Origin: Chiloscyllium plagiosum
Taxonomy: Eukaryota
Direction: 5' to 3'
NCBI RefSeq assembly: GCF_004010195.1
Contig: NC_057718.1
Span: 89,279,645 to 89,343,644 of the forward strand
DNA length: 64,000 nt
The first letter of the stretch is position 1; every line of letters begins with the position of its first letter. The notes below the pieces were generated by a model that saw nothing but the letters and a program-made list of their open reading frames with translations, ran no database searches and was not told where the DNA came from. Both the position numbers and the translations under genes were made by a program. Positions 50,430-62,938 of the stretch are shown one piece after another.

Positions 50430-51179
50430 CTAATTTCCTGGTGCCAGACCACACGTTACTGAATCCATAGAATTCCACCTCACAACTTGTCGGGAACCTC
50501 TCGGCTGAGAGTCCAGGGACAAAATCACTTGGCTACGACGCCAGGTAGCAGGATGTTTGACCAATGTCCATGGGAATGAACTCAGGTACAGATTTTAGAC
50601 TCTACCCAGTCCAAAGAAGTGAAAACCCAGAGCCAACTGATGTCACATGGTCATTGATGGGCAGCCCGTTAGCTCAGTGGCCTAGAGTCTCAGGTCAGCA
50701 CCGACAGTGCTGCATTTCCTGTTCACACTGAGGTACAGTAGGCACCAGACCCCTCGCCTGGACTAAAAAATGAGATGGATGTTCACCAATAGGTCTGTTG
50801 TACTGGATTAAATAATTAGGGACTGATTGGCTCATTAACATTGGAGTGTAGCGATATCTAAAAGTCCCTAAGACAGCAGTCTTGGCCATCCCTGAACTCA
50901 GGATCCCTGCCAGTGCAGATATTATAACTCTGCTGTTCAATGTTGCCCGATGAGGTCTGACGTATAGGGATTGAGCATCTCTGGCATTTATTTCCAAATG
51001 CTGGGCTGGCTCATTCAGCCAACACTGGGCCCTGAGGAAATACTGGTGAAGCTTAGCGCCCCGGTGCGGATGCAGGAGTTTAACCGTGTGCTGATGAAGG
51101 AACGGTGATAGAACAGGGTAGCACGTGGAGGCAAAAAGGAAACTCCCACTGATGCCCGTGGCCCCAGCTCTCCACTTGC

Positions 51180-51327
51180 CTCATGGGCCCTCTGCTGCTC
51201 CAGGAGGTTTTGGTAGTTTCCGGAAATCTCCACTGCCAGGGTTTGCTCGGTTTGGACCAAGAACTCCATCCAGGTTTCACATTTCTCCAGGAACGTCTGG
51301 TGCTGAAGCAGGAATGCTTGCAGTTTA
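51180..51327 (-). CDS. SYNE1: Nesprin-1 coding exon (S)KLQAFLLQHQTFLEKCETWMEF...QQRAHE, ending at a GC donor
   Basis: ttccAG acceptor, 148 bp, phase 2/0. Ends GAG|GCAAGT, exactly where homology continues into the next exon. Confidence 0.93.
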
Positions 51328-51499
51328 CTGGAACGAGATTAAGATATTCAATTGGTTTCACACAGAGACAAAGAAGACCATAAATGTCCATAAAGATCAG
51401 ACAAACAAACCAGGTTTACAGAAAGGAGTTGTCTGAATGAAGTGAATCTGTGACTGTAGCCCAACGGGTGAAATGGCCTCCTTCAATCCTATATGACTG

Positions 51500-54290
51500 C
51501 TGGGACCTTGACTGAGATCATTAGCCACAGATGAGGTCCCAGAAGACTGAAGAATGTTCCGTTAAAAAAGAACAACAGAAATAACCCAAGAAATTATAGC
51601 CAGTGAGCCTTATATCAGTGGTAGGGAAATTAGTGGAGAAGGATTTACTCGTATTTGGAAAATAATGGATTTATTTAGGATATTCAGGAAGGCTTTATGT
51701 GGGGGAGGTCTTCTCTTGCAAACTTGATGAGTATTTGAGGAGGTGATAATAATGATTGACGAGGGGAGGGCAGTGGATGTTGTGGAAATGGACTTTTTTT
51801 ACTAAAGGATTTGACAAGGTCCCCCATGATAGGCTGGTCCAGAAGATTAAGTCGCATGGGTTGGCAAATTGGATACAAAATTGTCTTGGTCACAGGAGAT
51901 AAGAGGTCATTTTTCTGACTGGATGTTTGTGATCAGTGGTGTTCTGCCAGGACCAATGCTGAGACCTCTGTTGTTTGTAATATATATAAAAATCACTTAG
52001 ATAAAAATATAAGTGCAGACAACATGAAAATTGGTGGAGATATGAACGAGGAAGGTTATCAAAGGATACAGTAGAATATAGATCAGTTAGAAAGTTGGAC
52101 AGAGAAACAGCAGATGACGTTTAATCCATCCATGTGTGAGATGATGCATTCTGGGAGGTGAAATGCAAGAGGCAAGTATACAGTAAATGGCAGGACCTTA
52201 AGGAGCATTGATATACAGAAGGATCTTGGGAATCCAAGTCCATGGCTCCCTGAAGGTGGTAACACAACTCGATAAGATGGTAAAGAAAGCATACCGCATG
52301 CTTGCCTTCATCGTTCAGAGCACTGACTATAAAAGTTGGCAAGTCATATTGCAACTGTGCAAGACTTTGGTTTGGCCACATTTGGCGTATTGTGTGCAGT
52401 TCTGGTCACCACACTATAGGAAGGATTTTAGGGCTTTGGAGAGGGAGCAAAAGAGGTTTACTGGTATGGTGCCTGGCTTGGAGTGCATTAGCTTTAAGGA
52501 GAGATTGGACAAACTCAGATTATTTTCACTAGAGTCTCGGAGGTTGAAGGGCGACTTGACATAAGTATATAAAGTTATGAGAGGCATGGATAGAGTGGAT
52601 AGTTGGAGTCTTTTTCCCTAGGGTGAAAATAGGGGGGCATAGGTTTAAGTTGAGAAGGGAAAAGTTTAAAGGAGATATGTGAGGCACATTTTTGATACGC
52701 AGAGGCCTAGAACGTGCTGCCAGGGAGCTGGTAGATGCATATGTGATAACAATGTTTAAGAGGCATTTGGACTGACACATGAACAAGTGGAGGATAGAGG
52801 GACATAGACCATGTGCAGGCAGATGGGATTAGTTTAGAATGACATCAAGGTCGGCAGAGACATGGTGAGCCAAAGAGCCTGTTCCTGTTCTGTACTGTTC
52901 CATGTTCTATGGGGAGAATGTCAATCCATTAAATGGAAATATAGAGTTGTTCCTCTAACGAATCTAGCAACGTTGCCCTGGTCCCCATGCCATTTAGATT
53001 ACTGCCATTAATTGTTTCTCAGGAGTTCAGTGAATACCAATATCTTGCAGAAATATGACATGCCCTCCCACTGAACCTTCTTCCTCCAAATCCTGAAGAG
53101 ATTTTGCAGACAATGTGCAGCCCCACGAGGAAGAACAGGGTGGTTAAGAAGGTGTTTAGCACACTTGCCTTCAGGCCTTTGAGTATAGGAGTGGAGATGT
53201 CATGCTGAGATTGTACAGGACATTGATGAGGCCTCTTCTGGAATACTGTGTCCAGTTCTGGTCACCCAGTTGTAGGAAGGATATTGTTAAGCAGGAGAGG
53301 GTTCAGAAGAGATTTACCAGGATGTTGCCGGGTATGAAATGTTTGTGTTATAAAGAAAGGCTGGATATGCTGGGTCTTTTTTCAGTGGAGTGTAAGAGGT
53401 TGAGAGGTGATCTTGTAGAGGTTTATAAAATCATGAGGGGCATAGAAAGGTTGAGTGATAGGTGTCTTTTCCCTAGGATTGGGAGTTTCAAGACTCGGGA
53501 GCACATTTTTAAGATGAGAGGAGAAAGATTTCAAAAAGATATGGAAGTCAAATCTTTTACACAGAGGATGGTTCATGTGTGGATTGAACTTCATGAAGAA
53601 GTGGTGTATGTGGGCTCAATTACAACATTTAAAAGACATTTGGATAAGTTCATGAATAGGAAAAGTTTGGAGGGATATGGGCCAGGAGCAGGCAGGTGGG
53701 ACTAGTTTAGTTTGGGATAATGGTCGGCATGGACTGGTTGGACCGAAGGGACTGTTTTGGTGCTGTATGACTCGATGAGTATGTAAGAAGGATGTGGTTG
53801 TGTTAGAGAGGATGCAGAGGAGATTCACAAGCATGTTGTCTGGGGCTGGAGTGATTCAGTGATGAAGAGAGACTAGCTAGGCTGGGGTTGTTTACCTTAA
53901 AGCAGAGATGGCTGAGTAGGGGGGGAGACTAATTGAGATGTACAGGTATGAGGGGCATAGATAGGGTAGAGAGGAAGAACTAAATCCCCATGGTAGAGGC
54001 GTCAAAAACTGGAGGGACAGTTTTAAGGTAAAGAGCAGGAGGTTTGAGGAAAATCATTTTTACCCAGAGGGTGGTATATATCTGGAACTCACTGCCTGAG
54101 AAAGGAGTAGAGGTGTGAGTCATCAAAATATTTAAGAACAATTTAGATGAGCACATGGAACACCACAGCGTACAAGGCCACGGGCAAGTTTGGAAAATGG
54201 GATTAGAAGAGATGGATGTTTGATAACTGGGCACAGACACAAATGGGCTGAAGGACATTTTTCCACACTGTAAAATTTCTATGAGATGCT
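51500..54290 (+). mobile_element. Cluster of CR1 fragments (~51500-52910, ~53135-53772, ~53780-54285)
   Basis: Repeated YCVQFWSP / LRGDL.EVYKIM peptides and CR1 tails. Confidence 0.88.
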
Positions 54291-54712
54291 AAATGTCCCA
54301 AGTCTTAAGGGTGCGCAGGGAGTCCATAGAGGTATTTAAAATCCTAAGGTGATTCAAATGAAGTTGTCAAAGAGAAATGGTTTTCAATTTATTTAAGGCA
54401 ATAGTAAAAAAAACAGAACCTATGAGGAGAAATCTTTTCCGTCGTGAGCGTTTAGGATTTGGAATTCTGGAATGGAGCAGATTAATAAGTAGCACAGGAA
54501 ATCTCAGTGAAGCCTTCAGTCAGCAAAACCCAGTGATGTTTGGCAGCAATAAGACCCAGTCAGACAGTTTCCTATTTCTAACAGGGGGCCACAGTCTGTC
54601 AAATCAGTCCACACTGAGTGAATGATGGAATATTTAGCCTCAGTATCAGTGTGGTAGGGGGTTACAAGTCTGAGATGGTATTCTGCTCATAAGCAGCAAA
54701 GTACTGAATTAC

Positions 54713-54867
54713 CTAAATCGCTCTGTGGTCTGAGCAGAAATTGACGACCAGTGTCTGTTCAATGTTTGCATGCGTTTGATCTCCTTATCGTTCAGGGGTA
54801 ACCTGTATCCCAATTCATTCAGACGATCCAAGTCAGGGACTGTACTGCTAAACCTTAGCATTTGGAC
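54713..54867 (-). CDS. SYNE1: Nesprin-1 coding exon VQMLRFSS...QTTERF
   Basis: ttgcAG acceptor, AG|GTAATT donor, 155 bp, phase 0/2. PDLDRLNELGYRLPLNDKEIKRMQ matches recalled nesprin-1. Confidence 0.95.
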
Positions 54868-55034
54868 CTGCAAAATACAAAACAAAAGCACTGCTATCAA
54901 ATCACCTTTCCACTGAAATCATTGCAGACTGTTTCCTAAATACTGACTAGAGACAACAGATGAGGTGGTTAAGAAGGAATGATTGACTCGTTGGGCTGAA
55001 TGGCCTAAATTCGGCCTCTATGTCCCATGGTCTT

Positions 55035-55440
55035 AAGGCATATGGGAAGTTTGCCTTTATTAGTTAAGGCACTGAATGTAAGAGCAGGGGGTTATGATGG
55101 AGCTGTATATAACATTAGTCAGGCCACAGTTGGAGTACTGTGTGCAGTCCTGTTATCACACTGTAGGAAGGATGTGGTTGCACAAGAGAGGCTACAGAGG
55201 AGACTCACCAGGATGTTGTTTGGGGCTGGAGTGATTCAGCGATGAAGAGAGACTAAATAGGCTGGGGCTGTTTTCCTTACAGCAGAAACGGCTGGGGCAG
55301 GGGGCAACTTCATTGAGATGTACAAAGATATGAGAGGCATAGGCAGGGAGAACTAAATCCCTCAGTAGAGCAATCAGTAACCAGGGAGCACCGTTTTAAC
55401 ATAAGGAGCAAAGGAGTAGGGCTTTACGGAAAATCTTTTT
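55035..55440 (+). mobile_element. CR1 fragment
   Basis: RKDVVAQERLQRRLTRML; similar to 53780-54060. Confidence 0.8.
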
Positions 55441-55819
55441 TTTCAAGCCTGTCATTTTGAATGAAACCTCGAAATGAGGCTCTACTTCAGTCAGGCTAGA
55501 GGAGGCCCTCAGTTCACAGGGATACGGAGACTGGAAAGCAGCCGTTCACTTTCTCATCAGTGGGAGTTCTTCATCATCCACATTGGATCAGCCCAGATAC
55601 AACTGTGGCTGTGCAGTCTTTAACTGGAAACCATCTTCTCCATTTTACACCCAGGATTTTACCCCATGACGTAATCACTGATGGCAAGACCAGGCCTCTC
55701 AGCGTTGGTGATTTTTTTAATGGCACACCTGTTGGGTGTCATAGTTTCAAGGGCTCCAGCAGCTTTGCTTCTGCCCATCTCTATACCCTCCTCCTACCCT
55801 CTAAACCCCTACACATTTA

Positions 55820-56130
55820 GGGACGCACGGTGGCACAATGGTTAGCACTGCTGCCTCACAGCGCCAGAGACCCGGGTTCAATTCCCGCCTCAGGCGACTG
55901 ACTGTGTGGAGTTTGCACATTCTCCCCGTGTCTGCGTGGGTTTCCTCCGGGTGCTCCGGTTTCCTCCCACAGTCCAAAGATGTGCAGGGTCAGGTGAATT
56001 GGCCATGCTAAATTGCCCGTAGTGTTAGGTAAGGGGCAAATGTAGGGATATGGGTGGGTTTCGCTTCGGCGGGTCGGTGTGGACTTGTTGGGCCGAAGGG
56101 CCTGTTTCCACACTGTAATCTAATCTAATC
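55820..56130 (+). mobile_element. HE1-type SINE, best-preserved copy
   Basis: A box tggcacaatgg, B box ggttcaattcc, CpGs retained, (taatc)3 tail. Confidence 0.92.
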
Positions 56131-56471
56131 CCTAATTTTCACTGCTTCACCATTGGCAGATGTCCCTTCATCTGCCTTGACCCTGAGTCTGGAAATCTCA
56201 CTGTAAATCTAGCAGCTTCTCCACCGCCCGTCTCTCTTCAAAAGGTGTACTGCTCTGAACAGTATTTCCGCTGCTTGCTTTGCAAGTCAATTGTCGGTTA
56301 ATAATATAACAGTTGAAGCACCTTGGGGTTAAGTTAAAGGTGCTAGACAAATGCAAGTTCTTCTTCCTGTTGCTGTTGTCTTAGCATTTTAAAGAAAAAG
56401 TTAAATTTTCAGTACGTTTCAAGTTCACAAGCAAACCTGAGTGGATGGACAAGGACCTGAGAATCGAGCTA

Positions 56472-56702
56472 TTGAGTTATACAGCAAGGAGACAGACCCT
56501 TCAGTCCAACTTGTCCATGTTGAGCAGGTTTACTAAACTGACCTAGTCCCATTTGCCAGAATCCCTCTAAACCCCTCGTATTCATGTACCCATCCAGGTG
56601 CCTTTTAAATGCTGTAATTGTACCAGCCTCCTCCACTTCCTCTGGCAGCTCATTCCATACACACGCCACCCTCTGCGTGAAAATGTTGCCCCTCGGGTCC
56701 CT
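56472..56702 (-). mobile_element. CR1 3' end
   Basis: WNELPEEV.EAGTITAFKRHLDGYM on the minus strand. Confidence 0.88.
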
Positions 56703-58232
56703 TTCCCCTCCTTTACAAACAATTGGTCTGTTCCATGTTCAACCACGTACAGCCTTATGAACAAACGCCTGCCTTTTAGAAGGTAACAAAATCAAAACAC
56801 CAACTGCCCCGAGTAAAACAGGAGGTTTCAGCTTTGACTGCAGGGATCAAACTGGCTCATAGTGAGAGGACTTGTTGGTGTTATGTCAGTGTCTCAGCTA
56901 GGTGCTTCAGCCACTTGGCCTGAAAGAATCAGGTGTACAACCAACCAGTGTCGGTCAGCAACCATTAAAATAAAGAGAGTGTCCTTTTGTTAAAACACCC
57001 TCTTTTCCCTGACAACCCTGGCCTGCAGTGCAGACTGATGTGAGATTTGATAGTAGCAGGATGGATCTATTAACAGCTGTCACTAGGTGCACTATACAAA
57101 GTCACACCCGCTCTCAGCACACAGAATCCTCTCTGTTCAGCACCCCTTCCCCCACTGCAACATTATTCTGCAGCGACCCAGGGTTACAGGAACACCAAAA
57201 ATTAGAAGGAACAATGCCACAAAAAAATATTGGCGATGCAGCAGTCAATTTGCTAATGGGACAGCATTTCAAAAGCAGAGGCGTTGTGTTAAAACTGTAC
57301 CGAACACGGGTTGGCTAACATTGAAGAGAAAACGGCACAGTCCCGGGTCTCGATATTCGGAAATGGATACAGTGGCAGTGCGCAAGGTTCAGCAGAAGAA
57401 CTCACAAAGATGTCACCAGGGCTTGGAAAAACTGAACAAAGTTGTGCAACTCACCACCCACATGAACTGATTGAGGAAAATGGCACAGTGCCTTTCATGG
57501 GATGTTAGCTTAATACATGAGGGAGTTAGGAACAGAGTGATCTAGGGAGTGGGCGAAGTGAGGTAGCATAGGGTTCAAATGGACATTAAACACCAGCACA
57601 GAGAGGTTGCACTGAATTGTTCATTTCTCTGCTGTTAAAATCCACATAACACGATGTAATATTTCTCACATCCAAGTTTTTATCTCATTTACCCCAAGCA
57701 CAAGATTCAGTTACTTTAATTAAAACCAAATACAGCTGGAAAGGACACACAGGGAGGGGGCAATGGGAGGTAATGGAAATGGGCAATTGTGAAGTGCCAC
57801 TCATACACCACCCGGAGTGATCTTCTCTTCAGCTGGTTCAATCCTGCCCGAGACCAGTTTCCCCCGGGTTAACATGCCGGGCACGGTTTCCAATTTAAAT
57901 ACTCCGGCAAACTCCCGCCTGTGCTGAAGCCTACTCTGTCAGAGATGTCCCCCCCCCCAACACACACAGTGAGGAGGCACCACGGCGAGGTCTCTGTGCA
58001 CAGGATGGAATGGAAAGGTGGATCAATGAGAGGTGAGTTGTCCGTGCCTGACATGTCAGCTCCGAGCAACAACAAAGAGCAATTGGTGAAAAGGTGTGCC
58101 ATATGAATGCAGAGAGTGCCAGGACAGTGGTGGGAAGAGGAAGGAACAATAGAGCAGTTTCCATGTCTGCACCAGCAGGAAGGGGCTGATCACTCCTGTT
58201 CACTTCATTCCTCACGCAGAAGGCATGGGGAG

Positions 58233-58986
58233 TGTTAGGACACAGTGGCGAACCCTTCTGCTAATTAAACCCAGAAAAGCTCACCTCGCCCCTAAGCTGT
58301 TAAAGTATGAGTGACAGAGAACTACAAAATTCCACTATTTGAAGAAAAAAATACCAATTTGTTCTTTAACTCAAAGTGAACTTTAAACAATAACTATTTA
58401 CAACTCTAAGCCCCCTTTCTCTTAACTACTTACTGTCTGCCTGCAACTCTATAACTATATACTGTTCTGATAAAAACCTGTATTAAATTGCATCAAGTTA
58501 ATTTCAAAACCACACAGTGGCTGTCATCGTCAGTGTCTGTATTCCTCTGGCTGTAGATCTCCATGGGTCGTCTTAGGTCTTTTGCTGCAAAGATGTTTCA
58601 TATGAAAGAGGTACCTTTGACAGAGAGTGTGTTGCTGGCAGTTACTCTGGCAATGTCAGTTGGTCTCTCTCTGTCTAACTGTCAAAGTGTCAACTTCTTT
58701 ATACCTGAGCATCGGATCATCTCATTGGTTCAATGTTGGCAAAACAATAAATTCAAAATTGATTGGTTTTTAGTATCCTGGGGCATAATTCAAACTGATT
58801 GGTTCAATTCGAATTGCAAAAATAGCAACCAAAACTCAGGTATTTGTTTCACAAATGTTACATGTTTTCAATTTTCCAGTACACTCTGAACTGATAGTCA
58901 GTCACATGACAGGTGCCTGCAAGCTCTCAGTGCAAAACAGCTTTCACTTTCTCTTAAAGGCATAGTACACCTTTACCTTCATAACA
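58233..58986 (-). mobile_element. Solo LTR, 754 bp, TGTTA...TAACA termini, 5 bp TSD gggag
   Basis: gggag at 58228-58232 and 58987-58991 flanks the inverted termini. Orientation is inferred from the tgttatgaagg..gtgtact..cctttaaga start on the minus strand. Confidence 0.8.
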
Positions 58987-58999
58987 GGGAGAAACTTAC

Positions 59000-59146
59000 T
59001 TTCAGCTCCTCCATTCTGTCCTGGATTATAGTCAGGTCAGACGATCGGTTGGGGTCCTGTGATTTGAGCACCTCGTCAGCCTCCACAATCCACTCCTCCA
59101 GAGCTTCCAGTCTCTTGCTGAACGTCTCGTAATCGCGAACACCAGC
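59000..59146 (-). CDS. SYNE1: Nesprin-1 coding exon, 49 codons AGVRDYETF...QDRMEELK
   Basis: ctgcAG acceptor, AAA|GTAAGT donor, 147 bp, phase 0/0. Matches nesprin-1 AGVLDYETF...IQERMEELK. Confidence 0.95.
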
Positions 59147-60695
59147 CTGCAGGATGAAGCAATCCCCGTTAGACGCTCTCCTTGACAACACGGATCCACC
59201 CGCGGCTCAGTCGGCAGCACACTCATCCCTTCTGTGAGAAGGTGAGGTCTACTGCCCAGAGCAGAGCTGGCAATCCTGTCTGATACTCCCCCGCAGTACT
59301 GAGCGAATGTCACGGGTGCCATCATTCACTGGAGAAGTGGAAAAAAGATCTGTCTGCCCACTTCGAGGATGTCAAACATCTCACTGAAGAACAGCAGGAG
59401 GATACCCTGGATGCCCTGATCAAACTCGATTCCTCAACCAACAGCAATCAAAAACAGGTTTGTTCATGAATCACTGGGATCGTACTGAGCCATTTACACT
59501 TTCACACCCTCAGGAGTGGCCCAAAATCCTTTAATGTTATATTCCTGGAGAGAAATACTGAGACCACAGTCCAGAAAAACATTCACCTCCCAATCAAACT
59601 ATCTGGTAATTTTGTTCAGTCCTGCTGGTGACATCCTGGGGTGGATCTGACAAGGTAGTCACGATCCCAAATTATTACCATGACTTCACTTTAGAAGTAG
59701 TATAATGGCCGAGGGGCTTTGGAAATGCAGAGATCACGAAAGACGCTACATAAATGCAAATTCTTTCCTCCTATCTGAAACACAACTGGTTTATAAGTGC
59801 TTGGTATTTCGTGTCACCTCGATATTCTGTCAATGAGCTGAACTTGTGCTTGGCTTGCCATCAAGACACTTTCAGAAATGTCAAGTAATTATTTAGTAAT
59901 AGAGAATTGGAGTATTACTGAAAAGGAAAGGACACGTGCAGCTGAAGTTTTGTCTGGTCTTATTCTCGTCAGGACAGAGACAAGAATATCACATTTCAGA
60001 AGGGAACAACAATTTATACTGCATGGGAAAGGGTGCTGATTGGATGGTAAAATGGCTCTGATGCAATGGCACTAAGAATGCATCAAGGAACCACTGTCCC
60101 CACGGACTTAAATAGGTGCAATGGTTAAGTGTTTGTTCTTGTTAAGGTCATCAATAAGACTCAGTGACATTTCTATGAGCCGCAATTTTGTTTCTTATTT
60201 GTTCAAGGGAGGGGGGGGGCATCACTGGCTAGGCCAGCATTTATTGCCCATCGGGCAGTTAAGAGTCAACTACATTACTGTGGGTCTGGTGTCACGTGTT
60301 TGCCAGACTAGGTAAGGATGGCAGTTTCCTTCGCTAAAGGGCATCAGTGAACCAGATGGGGTTTTCCCAACAACTGACAAGGGATTCATGGTCATCGTTA
60401 GACTTTTAATTCCAGATTTTATTTAATTGAATTCATGGTCACGGTGAGATTTGAACCTGCGTCCCGGGTCTCTGGATTAACAATCCAGCGATAATACCAC
60501 TAAGCCATCGTCGCCCCCTTTTGAGGCACAGGCCTCTGTAAGCTTAAAGAAGTGAGGTGCTGCAGCCTTTCTGATACAGAGAACTTGGGGACAATAGATC
60601 CTTGCTGTACTCTCCATGGCGATGCCTCCACCAATCAGAGGTCAACTTTCCAACCAATCAGCATCCTTCTCCTGTGCAGTATAAATGCTGTTCCT

Positions 60696-62596
60696 TAGGG
60701 CCCAGATGTCCTTGGAGAAAGAGCACGCGGTGTCCACCAACACCCTGGAGTTGTTCAGGGAGAGGTGGGCGCCACAGGGAGTGGAGTGCATCATTTCTCC
60801 CTCCAACTCTATTTTGATTTAGTCCCTACCCTCCCCTTCACTGTTTAGATTACACAACACTGCCCTTTGATGTGAAGGGCAGTGCTTGTCACTGGCCACC
60901 CGGGTGTTTTCCTATCTTCCTGGTGGTGGAAATTGAATAAAGAAAAGATAAAAAAAAAAAAAATCCAAAGTACACAGACAGCATTGCCCTTTGATGTGAA
61001 GGGCAGTGTTTGTCACTGGCCACCTGGGTGTTTTCCTATCTTCCTGGTGGTGGAATTTGAATAAAGATTGGTGCACTTTGTGTCTTCCACTGTGTCTCAC
61101 ACCTGCACACACACACCATGGAAAAAAAAAGAAAAAAAAAATAAACAGGAGATTCACCCGGGTGTTCTCCTATCTTCCTGGTGGTGGAAATTGAATAAAG
61201 ATTGGTGCACTTTGTGTCTTCCACTGTGTCTCACACCTGCACACACACACCATGGGTGCTGGGGATAAAATAAGCACTACCGCACTTAGGTGGTAGTGTG
61301 GGGGTTTTAAAAGAAAAACAAACAGGAAATTTCGAAAAAAAAAGAAAAAAAAAACAGGAGATTCACCCGGGTGTTCTCCTATCTTCCAAAAAAAAAATAA
61401 AAAAAAAGAGGAAAAAAAATATATAAATGCTGTTCCTTAGGGCCCAGGTGTCCTTGGAGAAGGAGCACGCGGTGTCCACCAACACCCTGGAGTTGTTCAG
61501 GGAGAGGTGGGTGCCACAGGGAGTGGAGTGCATCATTTCTCCCTCCAACTCTATTTTGATTTAGTCCCTACCCTCCCCTTCACTGTTTTGATCACACAGC
61601 ACTGCCCTTTTGATGTGAAGGGCAGTGCCTGTCACTGGCCACCTGGGTGTTTTCCTATCTTCCTGGTGGTGGAATTTGAATAAAGATTCGTGCACTTTGT
61701 GTCTTTCACTGTGTCTCACACCTGCGCACACACACACCATGGGTGCTGGGGAAAAAAAAAGGAAAAAAAAAGAAGAATAAAGAGGGGATTCACCCGGTAT
61801 GGAGGAGGGAGGGCAGGTCCTTGGAGAAGGAGCATGCAGTGTCCACCAACACCCTGGAGTTGTTCAGGAAAAAAAAATAAATAAATGCTGTTCCTTAGGG
61901 CCCAGGTGTCCTTGGAGAAAGAGCACGCGGTGTCCACCAACACCCTGGAGTTGTTCAGGGAGAGGTGGGCGCCGCAGGGAGTGGAGTGCATCATTTCTCC
62001 CTCCAACTCTATTTTGAATTAGTCCCTACCCTCCCCTTCACTGTTTTGATCACACCGCATTGCCCTTTGATGTGAAGGGCAGTGTTTGTCACTGGCCACT
62101 CGGGCGTTTTCCTATCTTCCTGGTGGTGGAAATTGAACAAAGATTCGTGCTCTTTGTGTCTTTCACTGTGTCTCACACCTGCATACACACACCATGGGTG
62201 CTGGGGATAAAATAAGCACTACCGCAGTTAGGTGGTAGTGTGGGGGTTAATATTAAAAAAAAAGAGAAAAAAAGAAAAAAATATACAGGAGATTTAAAAA
62301 TAAACAAGGGTCTCTTTGTAAAAAAAAATCAATGTGTTCTCCACACAGCAAAAAAAAGGGGACTGTTATCATACAGCGTTAAAAAAACAAACAGGAGTGT
62401 GTTCCCTATCCTCCCCTTCACTGTTTTGGTCACACAGCACTGTCCTTTGATGTGAAGGGCAGTGCTTGTCACTGGCCGCTCGGGTGTTTTCCTATCTTCC
62501 TGGTGGTGGAAATTGAATAAAGATTTGTGCACTTTGTGTCTCTCACTGTGTCTCACACCTGCACACACACACCATGGGTGCTGGGGAAAAAGAAAA
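60696..62596 (+). mobile_element. Tandem mosaic of Tx1-clade LINE 3' ends joined by A-rich tracts, TSD gctgttcct
   Basis: Three copies encode RAQ(M/V)SLEKEHAVSTNTLELFRERW(A/V)PQGVECIISPSNSIL, then 3' UTR, aataaa and poly-A. Direct repeat at 60687-60695 and 62597-62605. Confidence 0.75.
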
Positions 62597-62755
62597 GCTG
62601 TTCCTCTTGGGGAAATGTGGCATTCTTGCATCTGTGTCCAGATGGCCGAAAGCCAACACGTGTTGATGGCATGTCTTCTCTCTCAGCAACGCAAAGGAAA
62701 TGCCAATTAAATTGTGTTAAAGCCGAGGTGGCTATAGCAGAAGTAAGGAGAGTAC

Positions 62756-62938
62756 CTGTAGCACACAGCGCTGCCTACTGAGAGCGTGTTCCAGAGTGGA
62801 CAATCGCTGGCTGAGGGACAGTTGGTCAGACTGAATAGCGGCTGCTGCTGAAGAGTCCACCTGCTGCCTCATCTCTTCCCCCAGGTCAGACAGGACATGA
62901 AGAGAGTCCCGCAGTTTGGCCAACTCTTCCAACAGTGC
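62756..62938 (-). CDS. SYNE1: Nesprin-1 coding exon (spectrin-repeat rod), first exon in window, 61 codons ALLEELAK...SRQRCVLQ
   Basis: Acceptor ctctctcccttctctgattgcaactacAG, donor CAG|GTACT, 183 bp, phase 0/0. Peptide QQVDSSAAAAIQSDQLSLSQRL matches the recalled human nesprin-1 sequence. Confidence 0.93.

Noticed and set aside
53202..53705. 167-aa ORF (and similar ones at 35969, 52208, 33547, 17260) as host genes
   Set aside because: Fragments of CR1 or Rex LINE ORFs in truncated, frameshifted copies.
55820..55900. tRNA-like sequence with A and B boxes (also 11667, 24398, 33173, 63915)
   Set aside because: These are SINE heads continuous with SINE body and tail, not tRNA genes.
20402..62938. 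SYNE2 or dystrophin/spectrin as the gene identity
   Set aside because: Long peptide stretches match recalled nesprin-1 nearly residue for residue and in the same order. A BLASTp would confirm.
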